64,000 bases of DNA from Acidimicrobiia bacterium. Its GTDB lineage: Bacteria > Actinomycetota > Acidimicrobiia > Spongiisociales > ZC4RG35. The position numbers and the translations under genes were made by a program. Positions within the stretch are counted from its first letter, which is position 1. The number at the start of each line of letters is the position of its first letter. This document shows positions 37,221-47,062 of the stretch, in pieces. Below the pieces are notes generated by a model. The model searched no databases. It saw nothing but the letters and a program-made list of their open reading frames with translations, and had not been told where the DNA came from. The stretch is taken from the NCBI GenBank assembly GCA_036556665.1, contig DATBIX010000036.1, positions 5,068 to 69,067 of the forward strand, read 5' to 3'.

Positions 37221-38107
37221 GCTCAGGAATGGTGACCCGCCGTCGCCGTCGCAGCCTGGCGAGGGCGGCGTCGGGATGGCTCTTCGGGCTTGGCTCGACC
37301 GTCCTCTTGGTGGGGCTCTGGGGCAGGGCCGTCGTCGTCGACACCGATCAGCTCGCCGAGTCGCTCAGCCCCATGGCGGCAAGCGACCTGGTGGCCGGCC
37401 AGCTCGCCGGCTGGCTGGAGACCGAGATGGTTGAGGCCGGGGTGGGAGCCGATGCGTCTTCGGACTTGGCGGGCGAGGCCCTGGCCCATCCGTCGGTCGG
37501 TCCCCTCCTCGAGGACGTCATCGCCGAGGGCGTCGAGGCAGCCGCCTCGGAGGACCCATCCGGCGCCTCCGTCGACGTGGCTGCCATCCTCGCCCCCAAC
37601 ACGGCCGAGATCGCGGCAGGTCTCAACGACGCAGGTGTTCCAGTCAGCGAGTCGGAGGTCGGTGACGCCCTGGCCGCCCTCGACCCCCTCGTGATCAGAG
37701 GGCCCGAGCAGGCGCCCCTGGTCGGGCCCCGTTCTCCGCTTGCCTCGACCCTCGGTATCGGCGCCGCCCTCGGGATCCTCCTGATGATCGTCTCCGGGTG
37801 GGCCTACGTGCTCTCGTCACGGGACCGGATGCTGGCGGTACGGGGGCTGCTCACACGGTTTGCGCTTGGCGCCCTCTCCTTTGCCGTCCTCCTCAAGATC
37901 GGCTCCTGGATCGTGGACCCCGAGGGCGGGCGGGCTCCGGTGGGAAAGAGTCTCTCGCTCCTGGCCGACTCGAAGTCGACCTTGCCGATGATGATGGGCC
38001 TGGTCGCCCTCGGCGCGGCGGCGCTGGTTTGGGTGAGGTGGCGGCGGCTCAGACCGGCGGCAGGGTCCCCGTCGCGATCCGAGCCGCCCATACGACAAGA
38101 AGCATGA
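37217..38107 (+). CDS. hypothetical membrane protein
   Basis: The GTG overlaps the mrp stop (GTGA). N-terminal RRRRR plus a TM helix, an Ala/Glu-rich ectodomain, and 3 C-terminal TM helices. No family recognised. Confidence 0.55.
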   Translation: MSSGMVTRRRRRSLARAASGWLFGLGSTVLLVGLWGRAVVVDTDQLAESLSPMAASDLVAGQLAGWLETEMVEAGVGADASSDLAGEALAHPSVGPLLEDVIAEGVEAAASEDPSGASVDVAAILAPNTAEIAAGLNDAGVPVSESEVGDALAALDPLVIRGPEQAPLVGPRSPLASTLGIGAALGILLMIVSGWAYVLSSRDRMLAVRGLLTRFALGALSFAVLLKIGSWIVDPEGGRAPVGKSLSLLADSKSTLPMMMGLVALGAAALVWVRWRRLRPAAGSPSRSEPPIRQEA

Positions 38108-38435
38108 CGCCCGCCCCGATCAGGGCGGCGTTGAGCCATCTGGCAGGCATCGGTGCCACCCGTCCCGACCGTCGGAGCAGGTACCAGACCCATCCGCCCA
38201 GCGCCAGGAGCGCGATGAGCGGCACCAGCGGGTGATATTCGATGGCATTGGACCACTCTCCGCGGATCAGGTATGACGCCGCCCTGGTCATGCCACAGCC
38301 CGGACAGGCCATCCCGGTGACCAGGGCGAAGGGGCAGATGGTCGGCCCATCATCCCCCGGGGTGTGAGCGGCAAGAAGCCCGATGGCCGTCACCGGGGCG
38401 ACCAGCAACAACCGGTGCCGCCAGACCTGGCTCAA
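38049..38435 (-). CDS. DUF2752 domain-containing membrane protein
   Basis: Motif CPFALVTGMACPGCGMTRA. The TTG at 38435 overlaps the upstream stop (TTGA). The track ORF is over-extended to 38648. Confidence 0.75.
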   Translation of the reverse strand: MSQVWRHRLLLVAPVTAIGLLAAHTPGDDGPTICPFALVTGMACPGCGMTRAASYLIRGEWSNAIEYHPLVPLIALLALGGWVWYLLRRSGRVAPMPARWLNAALIGAGVMLLVVWAARIATGTLPPV

Positions 38436-38731
38436 GGGAGGATGTCTTCGGTGAACGGAAGCACGAATGCCCCGGCCAGGGCCAGGATGCCGAAGATGAT
38501 CCCGATCCCGAGCAGCACTGTGCCGACGATGCCGAGGATCCGGGCCGCATTGGCTGTTCCCTCGTTGGTCGGGTTTCTCCGCCCGGCGCGAATGCCCTCC
38601 AGCTCGTTGTTGCCCATGATCCAGGCGACGATGGACAGCACCTGGCAACAGACGATCCCGAGGATGCCCAACACGAGGGCGGTAGTGGCCTGGCTCTGCT
38701 CCGGATAAGCGGGGGTCTCTGGAAAGGTCAT
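38432..38731 (-). CDS. DUF4190-like small membrane protein
   Basis: Two TM hairpins ALVLGILGIVCC....IVAWIMG and RILGIVGTVLLGIGIIFGILALAG, the typical DUF4190 layout. Confidence 0.7.
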   Translation of the reverse strand: MTFPETPAYPEQSQATTALVLGILGIVCCQVLSIVAWIMGNNELEGIRAGRRNPTNEGTANAARILGIVGTVLLGIGIIFGILALAGAFVLPFTEDILP

Positions 38732-38742
38732 GGGTCGAGAGA

Positions 38743-40011
38743 CTATCGGTTGAGCCGATCGAGTGCCCGGTAGAGGATCGATGCCGGGGTCAGGAACCAG
38801 GGATTCCCCCGGTAGTAGATGCGGGTCGGATGAGGTACCCGAGTGAAGACGCTGGGCGGGTCCTCCCCGAGGAGCATCCCGGCCAGCTCGTGGCCGAGAA
38901 GGGTGGCCAGGCCCACTCCGTGCCCGGCGTAGCCCAGTGCATACCAGGCGCCATCGATCTGGCCCATGTGAGGCACCAGATCGAAGGGGACGGCCAGCTT
39001 TCCTCCCCAGACGTGTGAGATGGGGGCATCTTCCAGCTCGGGGAAGAAATCGAGGAGTTGTCGGCGCAGATCGGCGCCGGATTCGATGAGATCCAGCCCT
39101 GGGTGCAGGTTGCGACGGCCCCCGATCAGGATGCGGTCGTCAGGAGTCCGCCGCATGTAGTTGAGGAGCCGCTTCTTCGTATAGGTCATCGCCCCGCCTG
39201 GGAAGATGGCGGCGGCCTTGTCCCCCAGAGGCTCGGTCACGATGATGTACGAGCCGACCGGGACCACCCGGCGCGCCAACTCCGCTGAGGGGCGGTCCGT
39301 CGTGTATCCGTTGGTGGCAAGCACTACATCCCCGGCCTTGATCGCCCCCTGAGTGGTGGACACATGGAACCCGGCGGTGCCTCGTTCGATTCGCTCCACG
39401 AGACAGCCGGCCACCAGCCTGGCTCCAGACCGGGCCACCCGCTCCGCCAGCCCGAACACGAATCTGGCGGGATGGATGCCGAGCCCCTCCGGCTCGAACA
39501 GGGCGCTGGTGAAATGGTCGCCACCCACGACCTCACCCACGCGTTCCGGGCCGAGGACCTCCCACTCGACCCCGACGTGCTCCCGATACCAGGCGACGGT
39601 CTGCTCGTACCTCCCTTGCATTGCGGAGCCGGCGCCGACACAGGCCATGCCGCCCCGGACGATTCGAGCGTCGATGGACTCGCTGGCGGCCAGGTCGGAC
39701 ACGATGTCCACCGAGCGGACCGTTGCCTCCCACATCTCCCGTCCCAGCTCGGGCCCGTATCTGTCGAAGATGTAGGGAATCCCCGCCTTGATGTCGGGCG
39801 AGACCATGCCGCCGTTCATCGACGACGCCCCGGATGCGATCTCTCCGGCCTCGGCCACCACCACGGTCTTCCCGCCACGAGCGAGCCTGAGCGCCGCCGA
39901 CAGCCCGGTCAGCCCGGATCCCACGATCAGGACGTCTGCCTCGCCAGGCAACTCGGAGGTGATGCCTGAAGGCCGGGGGTGGTCGTCTACCCAGAAGGGG
40001 GTTTGCTTCAC
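38743..40011 (-). CDS. FAD-dependent oxidoreductase (DAO family, gamma-glutamylputrescine-oxidase-like)
   Basis: The GTG at 40011 overlaps the upstream stop (GTGA). FAD motif VLIVGSGLTGLSAALRLARGGKTVVVAEA. Confidence 0.85.
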   Translation of the reverse strand: MKQTPFWVDDHPRPSGITSELPGEADVLIVGSGLTGLSAALRLARGGKTVVVAEAGEIASGASSMNGGMVSPDIKAGIPYIFDRYGPELGREMWEATVRSVDIVSDLAASESIDARIVRGGMACVGAGSAMQGRYEQTVAWYREHVGVEWEVLGPERVGEVVGGDHFTSALFEPEGLGIHPARFVFGLAERVARSGARLVAGCLVERIERGTAGFHVSTTQGAIKAGDVVLATNGYTTDRPSAELARRVVPVGSYIIVTEPLGDKAAAIFPGGAMTYTKKRLLNYMRRTPDDRILIGGRRNLHPGLDLIESGADLRRQLLDFFPELEDAPISHVWGGKLAVPFDLVPHMGQIDGAWYALGYAGHGVGLATLLGHELAGMLLGEDPPSVFTRVPHPTRIYYRGNPWFLTPASILYRALDRLNR

Positions 40012-41246
40012 AGACCCTCGAGGCCGGCCCGGAACAGGTCGGCCATCTCGAGCGTCTGGTCCCGGTTCATCACCAACGGAGGGGATACCTGGAGCCCGCC
40101 CCCGCCGACGGCCCGGGTGAGCACGCCGGCGGCGCGACACGCCGCGGCGGCACGATAGGGAAGCGTCTCGTCCTCACCGACCACCAATTGGACGCAGGCC
40201 AGGGCCCCCAGCCCGCGCCGGATGTGGTCCACCACCGGGAGCTCTTCCAGCGGGAGCAGGGCCTGGTACAGCTCCTCCTCCAATTCGGCGGCCCGTGCCA
40301 GCAGCCCCTCCCGCTCGAGGATGTCCATCACGACGAGGCCGGCGACGCACGCGGTGGAGTGCCCCGAGTAGGTGTAGCCGTGGCGAAACATCAGCCCGGG
40401 CGTGTCGAAGAACGGTGCCGCCACCGAGGGGGCCGCTATGACGCCACCCAGCGGCGCGTATCCGCAGGTCACACCCTTGGCGAAGGTGATGAGGTCGGGT
40501 TCAAGACCGAAGCGGTTCGCTGCGAACCAATCGCCCACTCGGCCAAAGCCGGTGATCACCTCGTCGGAGATGTAGAGGCCTCCTGCAGCCTTGACCGCCG
40601 TCTGGACCGCGGTCAGGTAATCCGGGCTGACGGGACGGATGCCTCCTGCCCCCACCACCGGCTCGACGAACACGCCGGCGATCCGATCCGCCCCGGCATG
40701 GTCGATCGCCTTGTCCACGGCCTCGGCGTCGTCGTAGGGCACGATGACGATGTCCCCAACGAGATCACCGCCATAGCCGGCCCGGTTCGGCTCCATGCCG
40801 CCGAGCGAGGTGCCGTAGGGATGCATGCCGTGATAGGCCCACTCCCTCGAGATGAAGACGGTGCGCTCCGGCTGGCCGATGACGTTGAAGTAGCGGCGGG
40901 CCATCTTGGCCGCGGTGTCGACCGCGTCCGACCCACCCGATCCGAAGAACACCTTGGATCCGGGGATGGGGGCGACCGACGAGATGCGATTGGCCAGGTC
41001 GATCGGCGGCCGGCTGGCGTAGTCGATGAAGGCGTGGAAGGCGGGGAGCTTGCGCAGTTGAGCGTCCATCGCATCGACGATCTCATCGCGCCCGTAGCCC
41101 AGGTTCATGTACCAGAGGGACGCCGCAGCATCCAGGTAGCGCCTGCCCTCCTCGTCATAGACGTAGATCCCCTCGCCCCGGTCGACGACGAACGGGGCGT
41201 GCTGGACCTTGGCCATTTCGGCGAATGGGTGCCAGAACGAATACAT
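40008..41246 (-). CDS. class III (omega) aminotransferase
   Basis: ATG at 41246 (MYSFWHPFA..). Motifs SGGSDAVDTA, ISDEVITGFGRVG and the PLP-lysine context DLITFAKGVT.GY.PLG. Confidence 0.88.
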   Translation of the reverse strand: MYSFWHPFAEMAKVQHAPFVVDRGEGIYVYDEEGRRYLDAAASLWYMNLGYGRDEIVDAMDAQLRKLPAFHAFIDYASRPPIDLANRISSVAPIPGSKVFFGSGGSDAVDTAAKMARRYFNVIGQPERTVFISREWAYHGMHPYGTSLGGMEPNRAGYGGDLVGDIVIVPYDDAEAVDKAIDHAGADRIAGVFVEPVVGAGGIRPVSPDYLTAVQTAVKAAGGLYISDEVITGFGRVGDWFAANRFGLEPDLITFAKGVTCGYAPLGGVIAAPSVAAPFFDTPGLMFRHGYTYSGHSTACVAGLVVMDILEREGLLARAAELEEELYQALLPLEELPVVDHIRRGLGALACVQLVVGEDETLPYRAAAACRAAGVLTRAVGGGGLQVSPPLVMNRDQTLEMADLFRAGLEGL

Positions 41247-41349
41247 GGCGGGGAGGGTAGCCACACCCCGTTTTGGCGCGGAGTCGTGCCCCTCCTCGGG
41301 CACGACTCCGCGCCAGAAAGGATGGCTATGGGGTTACTCTCCCCGACCC

Positions 41350-42966
41350 ATGCCGGCCGACCTCCTGTTCGTCAATGGGCCCGTCTTCGTCGGCGACCCG
41401 GCCCGGACGTTCGCTCGTGCCCTGGCGGTAACGGGTGACCGGATTTCGGCCGTGGGTGGCGAGGCCGACGTCCTCGAGGCGGCGAGGCCGGAGACGAGGG
41501 TGGTGGACCTGGCCGGGCGGCTGCTCACTCCGGGCTTTCATGATGCCCACTGCCATCCCTCCAGCAGCGGGATCGACCTCCTCCGCTGCTCCTTCGCCGG
41601 TTGTGGCGACGCCGAAGAGGCCGTCGCCTTCGTGGCCAGGTACGCCGCAGAGAATCCGGGGTTGCCCTGGATCACCGGGTCGGGCTGGCAGCAGTCCTGG
41701 TTTCAGCGCGCCTGTCCCGGGCGCGATCTCCTCGACTCGGTGGTCTCCGACCGGCCGGCCCTCCTCTACAACGCCGATGGCCACGGCGCCTGGGCCAACT
41801 CGCTGGCCCTGACCATGGCCGGTATCGACGAGACCACCCCCGACCCACCCGATGGCCGCATCGAGCGCCGCCCTGATGGCACTGCTCAGGGCACGCTCCA
41901 CGAGGGGGCTGCCAGCCTGGTGGAGGCACTGGTCCCGCCCGATACCCACGAGGAGAGGGTGGCCGGGCTCGCCGCCGCGCAGCGCTACTTGCTCTCCAAG
42001 GGGGTGACCACATGGCAGGACGCCCACGTCGATCTCGCCGTGCATGAGGCATATCGATCGATGGCCGGCTCGGGCGACCTGATCGCCACCGCGGTAGGAG
42101 CGTTGTGGTGGGATCGAAGGCGCGACATCGCCCAGATCGACGAGCTCGAGCAGATGCGTTCCGAGCCGATGGGGAGATATCGGCCTATCGCCGTGAAGCT
42201 GATGCTCGACGGGGTGGTCGAGAACTACACGGCTTCCCTGATCGAGCCCTACGAGGACGGCGAGGGAGGCGTAACCGGGAATCGAGGCATCGATTTCATC
42301 GAGCCCGGCGAGCTCAAGGAGATCGTCACCCGGCTCGATCGGCTTGGCTTCTCCTGCCACTTCCACGCGATCGGCGATGGGGCCGTCCGCAATGCCCTCG
42401 ACGCGGTCGAGGCGGCCCGCCATGCCAACGGCTGGTCCCGAGGGCGCCACAACATCAGCCACATTCAGGTGGTCGATCCCGACGACATCCCTCGGTTCCG
42501 CCGGCTGGGGGTAACCGCCAATGCCCAGGCCCTGTGGGCTCAGAACGGGGACGATCAGTCCGAGCTGACTCAGCCGTTCCTGGGCAGGGTGCGAGCTCTT
42601 CGCCAGTATCCGTTCGGCAGCCTGCTCAGAGCCGGGGCCACCCTGGCCATGGGCTCGGATTGGGCCGTCTCGACGGCAGACGTGATGGATCAGATCGACA
42701 CCGCGGTGACACGCACCAATCACGACCGGCCCGAGCTCGACCCGCTCAATCCGGCCGAGCGGATCTCGTTCCTGGATGGGCTGGCCGGGTTCACGGCAGG
42801 GTCGGCATATGTCAACCACCAGGAGGCCGTCAGAGGGCGCCTCGGCGTGGGTATGCTCGCCGACCTGGTCGTCCTCGACCGCGACCCCCTGATCGGCGGG
42901 CCGATTCGGGACGCCTCGGTTGCGATGACCGTGGTCGGAGGACGGGTGGCGTTCGAGGAGGATTGA
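41350..42966 (+). CDS. amidohydrolase family protein (Amidohydro_3 / YtcJ-like)
   Basis: ATG at 41350 (MPADLLFVNG..). Metal motif PGFHDAHCHP. Further motifs HAIGD and NISHIQVVDP. Confidence 0.85.
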   Translation: MPADLLFVNGPVFVGDPARTFARALAVTGDRISAVGGEADVLEAARPETRVVDLAGRLLTPGFHDAHCHPSSSGIDLLRCSFAGCGDAEEAVAFVARYAAENPGLPWITGSGWQQSWFQRACPGRDLLDSVVSDRPALLYNADGHGAWANSLALTMAGIDETTPDPPDGRIERRPDGTAQGTLHEGAASLVEALVPPDTHEERVAGLAAAQRYLLSKGVTTWQDAHVDLAVHEAYRSMAGSGDLIATAVGALWWDRRRDIAQIDELEQMRSEPMGRYRPIAVKLMLDGVVENYTASLIEPYEDGEGGVTGNRGIDFIEPGELKEIVTRLDRLGFSCHFHAIGDGAVRNALDAVEAARHANGWSRGRHNISHIQVVDPDDIPRFRRLGVTANAQALWAQNGDDQSELTQPFLGRVRALRQYPFGSLLRAGATLAMGSDWAVSTADVMDQIDTAVTRTNHDRPELDPLNPAERISFLDGLAGFTAGSAYVNHQEAVRGRLGVGMLADLVVLDRDPLIGGPIRDASVAMTVVGGRVAFEED

Positions 42967-44039
42967 TGGCCAAGCCCGCGGTTGAGCTGGAGGGCGTGAC
43001 CAAGCGTTTCGGTGACGACGTGGTCGCGGTGAAGGGCATCGAGCTGACCATCGAGGACGGAGAGTTCTTCTCTTTGCTCGGACCATCCGGCTGCGGCAAG
43101 ACGACGACGCTGCGAATGATCGCCGGCTTCGAGTTCCCGACCGAGGGCAGCATCCGAGTCCATGGGGCAGAGATGGGTCTGAAACCCCCCAATCAGCGCC
43201 CGATCAACACCGTCTTCCAGTCCTATGCCCTTTTCCCACACATGACTGTGGCAGAGAACGTGGCCTTCGGCCTGAACATGAAGAAGGTCGAGAAGTCGGA
43301 GGTGCAACGCCGTGTCGCCCGGGTCCTCGACCAGGTTCAGCTGACCAGACGCGCCGACGCCAAGCCGAGCCAGCTCTCCGGTGGCATGCAGCAGCGCGTC
43401 GCCCTGGCCCGTGCCCTGGTCAACGAGCCCGAAGTGCTGTTGCTCGACGAGCCGCTCGGCGCCCTCGACCTCAAGCTTCGCCAGGCGATGCAGGTTGAGC
43501 TCAAGGACCTGCAAGGCCGGGTCGGGATCACCTTCATATACGTCACCCACGACCAGGAGGAGGCGCTCACCATGTCCGACCGTATCGGTGTGATGAGTGA
43601 AGGGAGCCTTCTCCAGGTCGGGCGTTCCGAGGAGATCTACGAGCACCCCAACTCACGGTTCGTCGCCGACTTCATCGGCGACATCAACCTGCTCGACGTG
43701 ACGATGATTGGCGCCGGTCGAGCACGATTGGGCACCGGCGTGGAGATCGGTGTCCCGATCGGGGCCGAGGTGGGCGGATCCGTGACAGTTGCCCTGCGGC
43801 CCGAGCGACTCGAGCTCTACGACCTCGATGAGCAGATCCCCGCCGGTCACAACCGGGTGAAGGTCACGGTGACCCGGCGTCTCTACTACGGCGATGTCTA
43901 CTTCTACGACGTCGACGCGGGCATCGGGTCCGAGATCGAGGTCAAGGAGGAGAACCGGCCCGGTGTCGAGCTCTACGACGTCGGCGAGGAGGCCTACCTC
44001 GTTTGGAGCCCTGAAGCGGCCAACCTGGTCTCGAGCTGA
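42966..44039 (+). CDS. potA: spermidine/putrescine-type ABC transporter ATP-binding protein
   Basis: Walker A GPSGCGKTT, signature LSGGMQQRVALARAL, Walker B LLLDEPLGALD, and a TOBE-like C-terminus. The 644-aa track ORF carries a spurious N-terminal extension. Confidence 0.88.
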   Translation: MAKPAVELEGVTKRFGDDVVAVKGIELTIEDGEFFSLLGPSGCGKTTTLRMIAGFEFPTEGSIRVHGAEMGLKPPNQRPINTVFQSYALFPHMTVAENVAFGLNMKKVEKSEVQRRVARVLDQVQLTRRADAKPSQLSGGMQQRVALARALVNEPEVLLLDEPLGALDLKLRQAMQVELKDLQGRVGITFIYVTHDQEEALTMSDRIGVMSEGSLLQVGRSEEIYEHPNSRFVADFIGDINLLDVTMIGAGRARLGTGVEIGVPIGAEVGGSVTVALRPERLELYDLDEQIPAGHNRVKVTVTRRLYYGDVYFYDVDAGIGSEIEVKEENRPGVELYDVGEEAYLVWSPEAANLVSS

Positions 44040-44944
44040 TGACGTTGGCACCCCCGGCCGAGACCGAGGCCACCGCGCCGGCCACACCCGAGTTGGAGCG
44101 GGCCGCCGAGAAGGCCGAGTCGAGACGCGGCTTCTTCATCTCCCTCCCTGCCTACGTCTACCTGGTCCTGCTCTTCGTGATCCCCCTGCTCCTTGTGTTC
44201 GTGTATTCCTTCGCCACCAGGGACGCCACCGGCCTGACCGTCCTGCGCGACTGGAACCTGGGGTCGTACCAGCGCCTGTTCACCCCGATTGTCCTCGAGA
44301 TCTTTGTGCGGTCGCTGGTCCTGGCGGTGGTCACCACTGCGATCTGCCTCGGGCTGGCCTACCCGTTCGCCTACTACATCGCGACCCGCTCCCCGGCCCT
44401 GCGCAATCTCCTGCTGATCCTCGTCATGATCCCGTTCTGGTCGAACTTCCTGGTCAGGACCTATGCGTGGAGGGTCATCCTCGGGTCGGAAGGTCCCCTG
44501 TCCCAGATCAGCACCGCCCTCGGGGGTGAGCCGATCAGACTGCTGTTCACCAACGCCGCCGTCCTCATTGGCCTGGTCTACGGGTTCATGCCCTTCATGG
44601 TCCTGCCCCTGTATGCCGCGCTGGAGCGGATGGACTGGCGGCTCGTCGAGGCGGCACGCGACCTGTATGCAGACGGGTGGACCGCCTTTCGCAAGGTGAC
44701 CTTTCCGCTCTCGCTGCCCGGCGTGATCGCAGGATCGATCCTGGTCTTCATCCCGTCGCTTGGCGCCTACGTCACCCCGGCCCTCCTCGGTGGCGCCAAC
44801 ACGGTCCTGATGGGTGACTACATCGTGAGCCAGTTCCTGGCGGCGCGGAACTGGCCGTTCGGCTCGGCGTTGAGTTTCGCCGTGATGTTCGTGATGCTGC
44901 TGGCAACGATCTTCTACTTCAGGGCGGGGGCGAAGACGCTGTGA
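44039..44944 (+). CDS. potB: ABC transporter permease (PotB-like)
   Basis: 6 TM helices. EAA loop VEAARDLYADGWTAFRKVTFPLSLPG. Confidence 0.85.
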   Translation: MTLAPPAETEATAPATPELERAAEKAESRRGFFISLPAYVYLVLLFVIPLLLVFVYSFATRDATGLTVLRDWNLGSYQRLFTPIVLEIFVRSLVLAVVTTAICLGLAYPFAYYIATRSPALRNLLLILVMIPFWSNFLVRTYAWRVILGSEGPLSQISTALGGEPIRLLFTNAAVLIGLVYGFMPFMVLPLYAALERMDWRLVEAARDLYADGWTAFRKVTFPLSLPGVIAGSILVFIPSLGAYVTPALLGGANTVLMGDYIVSQFLAARNWPFGSALSFAVMFVMLLATIFYFRAGAKTL

Positions 44945-45822
44945 ACGAGGGCACCGCGACCAGGCCTCTGTTCGACCGACTGCTCGCCATCAACGCCTGG
45001 GTGCTCTACGTGTTCCTCTATGCACCCATCTTCCTGCTCATCTTCTTCTCGTTCAACGAGAACGACAACGTCGGGATCTGGACCCAACCCTCTTTGCGCT
45101 GGTACGGCGAGATGCTCCAGGACGAGAGGGTGATAGGGGCGTTGCGCAACTCCTTGATCGTTGCCCTCATCTCGACGCTGGTCTCCACCGTGGTGGGGAC
45201 CATGCTCGCCATCGCCCTGGAGCGCTACCAGTTCCGGGGGAGGGGGACGCTCGACGGGATCGCCTATCTCCCCATCATCATCCCTGACGTCACCATGGCG
45301 GTGATGCTCCTCATCTTCTTCTTCCAGGCCTTCGGCATCATCAACGACGCCTTCGGGATCCGGCTGACCAACGGGCTATTGACGATCACCCTGTCCCACA
45401 TCGCCTTCAGCATCTCGTTCGTCGCCGTCGTCGTCCGCGCCCGGCTCGCCCAGTTCGACAACGCGCTGGAGGAGGCTGCCGCCGACCTCTATGCCAACCG
45501 CTGGCAGACGTTTCGCAAGGTGACACTGCCGTTGATCGCCCCCGGAGTCGCCGGGGGCGCCCTGCTCGCCCTAACCCTCTCCCTCGACGACGTCGTGGTG
45601 ACCCAATTCGTGTCCGGTGCGGGCTCGACCACCCTTCCCGTGTACGTCTTCGGGCTGGTCAGGAGAGGTGTCACCCCCCTCATCAACGCGGTGAGCACGG
45701 TCATGCTGGTGGCTTCGATGGTCCTCGTGGCCGTCTCACTCGGGTTCCAGAGGGGTGCCGAGGCCCGCAGCCAGCGCCTCTCCGATCCGGACGCGCTGCT
45801 CGAGGAGATCACCGCCACCTGA
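44941..45822 (+). CDS. potC: ABC transporter permease (PotC-like)
   Basis: 6 TM helices. EAA loop EEAAADLYANRWQTFRKVTLPLIAPG. GTGA overlap with potB. Confidence 0.85.
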   Translation: MNEGTATRPLFDRLLAINAWVLYVFLYAPIFLLIFFSFNENDNVGIWTQPSLRWYGEMLQDERVIGALRNSLIVALISTLVSTVVGTMLAIALERYQFRGRGTLDGIAYLPIIIPDVTMAVMLLIFFFQAFGIINDAFGIRLTNGLLTITLSHIAFSISFVAVVVRARLAQFDNALEEAAADLYANRWQTFRKVTLPLIAPGVAGGALLALTLSLDDVVVTQFVSGAGSTTLPVYVFGLVRRGVTPLINAVSTVMLVASMVLVAVSLGFQRGAEARSQRLSDPDALLEEITAT

Positions 45823-45904
45823 TCCCGGGTGTGGCATTCGGGCCTGGCGCGACATAACCTGCCCGGGCGGTTAGCCGTTGATCACGTTCCCGGGAGGACA
45901 AGAC

Positions 45905-47038
45905 ATGCGAACCACCGCCAAGATGCTGGCGCTCACAACCGTGCTCGCGCTCCTGATCGCCGCCTGCGGGGGTGACGGGGGATCCGAGGGAACGGGGGAC
46001 ACAACTGTGGACGGGACCGTTGCCCCGGCCGATGCCGCGGGGGCCAATTGCGCTCTCGATGAGACCGACGGCGACCTCAACTTCTACAACTGGTCCGAGT
46101 ACATGGATCCCGCCCTCGTCACGGCGTTCGAGGAGCAATACGGGGTGGACGTGGTCGAGGACTTCTACGAGTCGAACGAGGCCTTGCTGGCACAGATGCA
46201 GGCTGGCGCGGTGTACGACCTGATCGTCCCCTCCGACTACATGGTGGGCATCATGATCCAGAACGGGTTGCTCTCCCCGGTCAACACGACCGCGGTCCCC
46301 AATCTGTCCAATCTCCTCCCCGAGTTCACCGATCTCCCCTACGACCCGGGACCGGAGTTCTCGGCGGCCTATCAATACGGCACCACCGGGCTCGGGGTCA
46401 ACCTGTCCGTGGTCGGTGAGGACTTCCCACGCAGCTGGGCTCTCGTGTTCGACCCGGAGATCACCGCCACCTACCCCAATGGCGTCTCGCTCCTCAACGA
46501 CCCGCGCGAGACGATGGGGGCGGCTCTCAAGTTCCTCGGGTATTCGCTCAACGACACCGATCTCACCCACCTCCAGGAGGCGGCGGACCTGATCGCCGAG
46601 GCCCGGCCCGGCATTGCCACCTTCGACTCAGACCAGTACGACGAGGCCTTGGTGGCAGGCGAGGTGCCGGTGGCGCACGGGTACTCCGGCAACATGATCG
46701 TCGGGATCGCGGACTCGGAGGACCCGGACACCTTCGAGTACGTGCTGCCGGAGGAGGGGGCGACCCTCTGGATCGACAACATGACGGTCCCGGCCAATGC
46801 CGAGCACCCCTGCACCGCCTTCACCTTCATGAACTACGTGCTCGACGCCGAGAACGGGGCCACGTTGACCAACTGGAACTTCTACGGGACTCCGAACGCC
46901 GCATCGGTCGACCTGGTCGATCCCGAGATAACCGAGTTCTACGCCCCCACCTTCGAGACCGAGGGCCTCGAGGTGATCCAGGACACCGGGGACTATGAGA
47001 TCAACTTCACCGACTATCTAGCCCAGGCGAAGAGCTGA
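45905..47038 (+). CDS. potD: polyamine-type ABC substrate-binding lipoprotein (PotD/PotF family)
   Basis: The ATG at 45905 is preceded by GGGAGGA. Lipobox LLIAACGG. Motifs LNFYNWSEYMDP and PSDYMV. Confidence 0.85.
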   Translation: MRTTAKMLALTTVLALLIAACGGDGGSEGTGDTTVDGTVAPADAAGANCALDETDGDLNFYNWSEYMDPALVTAFEEQYGVDVVEDFYESNEALLAQMQAGAVYDLIVPSDYMVGIMIQNGLLSPVNTTAVPNLSNLLPEFTDLPYDPGPEFSAAYQYGTTGLGVNLSVVGEDFPRSWALVFDPEITATYPNGVSLLNDPRETMGAALKFLGYSLNDTDLTHLQEAADLIAEARPGIATFDSDQYDEALVAGEVPVAHGYSGNMIVGIADSEDPDTFEYVLPEEGATLWIDNMTVPANAEHPCTAFTFMNYVLDAENGATLTNWNFYGTPNAASVDLVDPEITEFYAPTFETEGLEVIQDTGDYEINFTDYLAQAKS

Positions 47039-47062
47039 TTCCGGGGTGGGCTTCGAACTGAC

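Noticed and set aside
37960-38107. Sortase sorting signal at the C-terminus of the 37217..38107 protein (TM helix plus RWRRLR tail)
   Set aside because: No LAxTG or LPxTG motif precedes the hydrophobic segment.
41326-43086. 586-aa minus-strand ORF
   Set aside because: It is antisense to the amidohydrolase and potA genes, which carry clear HxH and Walker motifs. No domain is recognisable.
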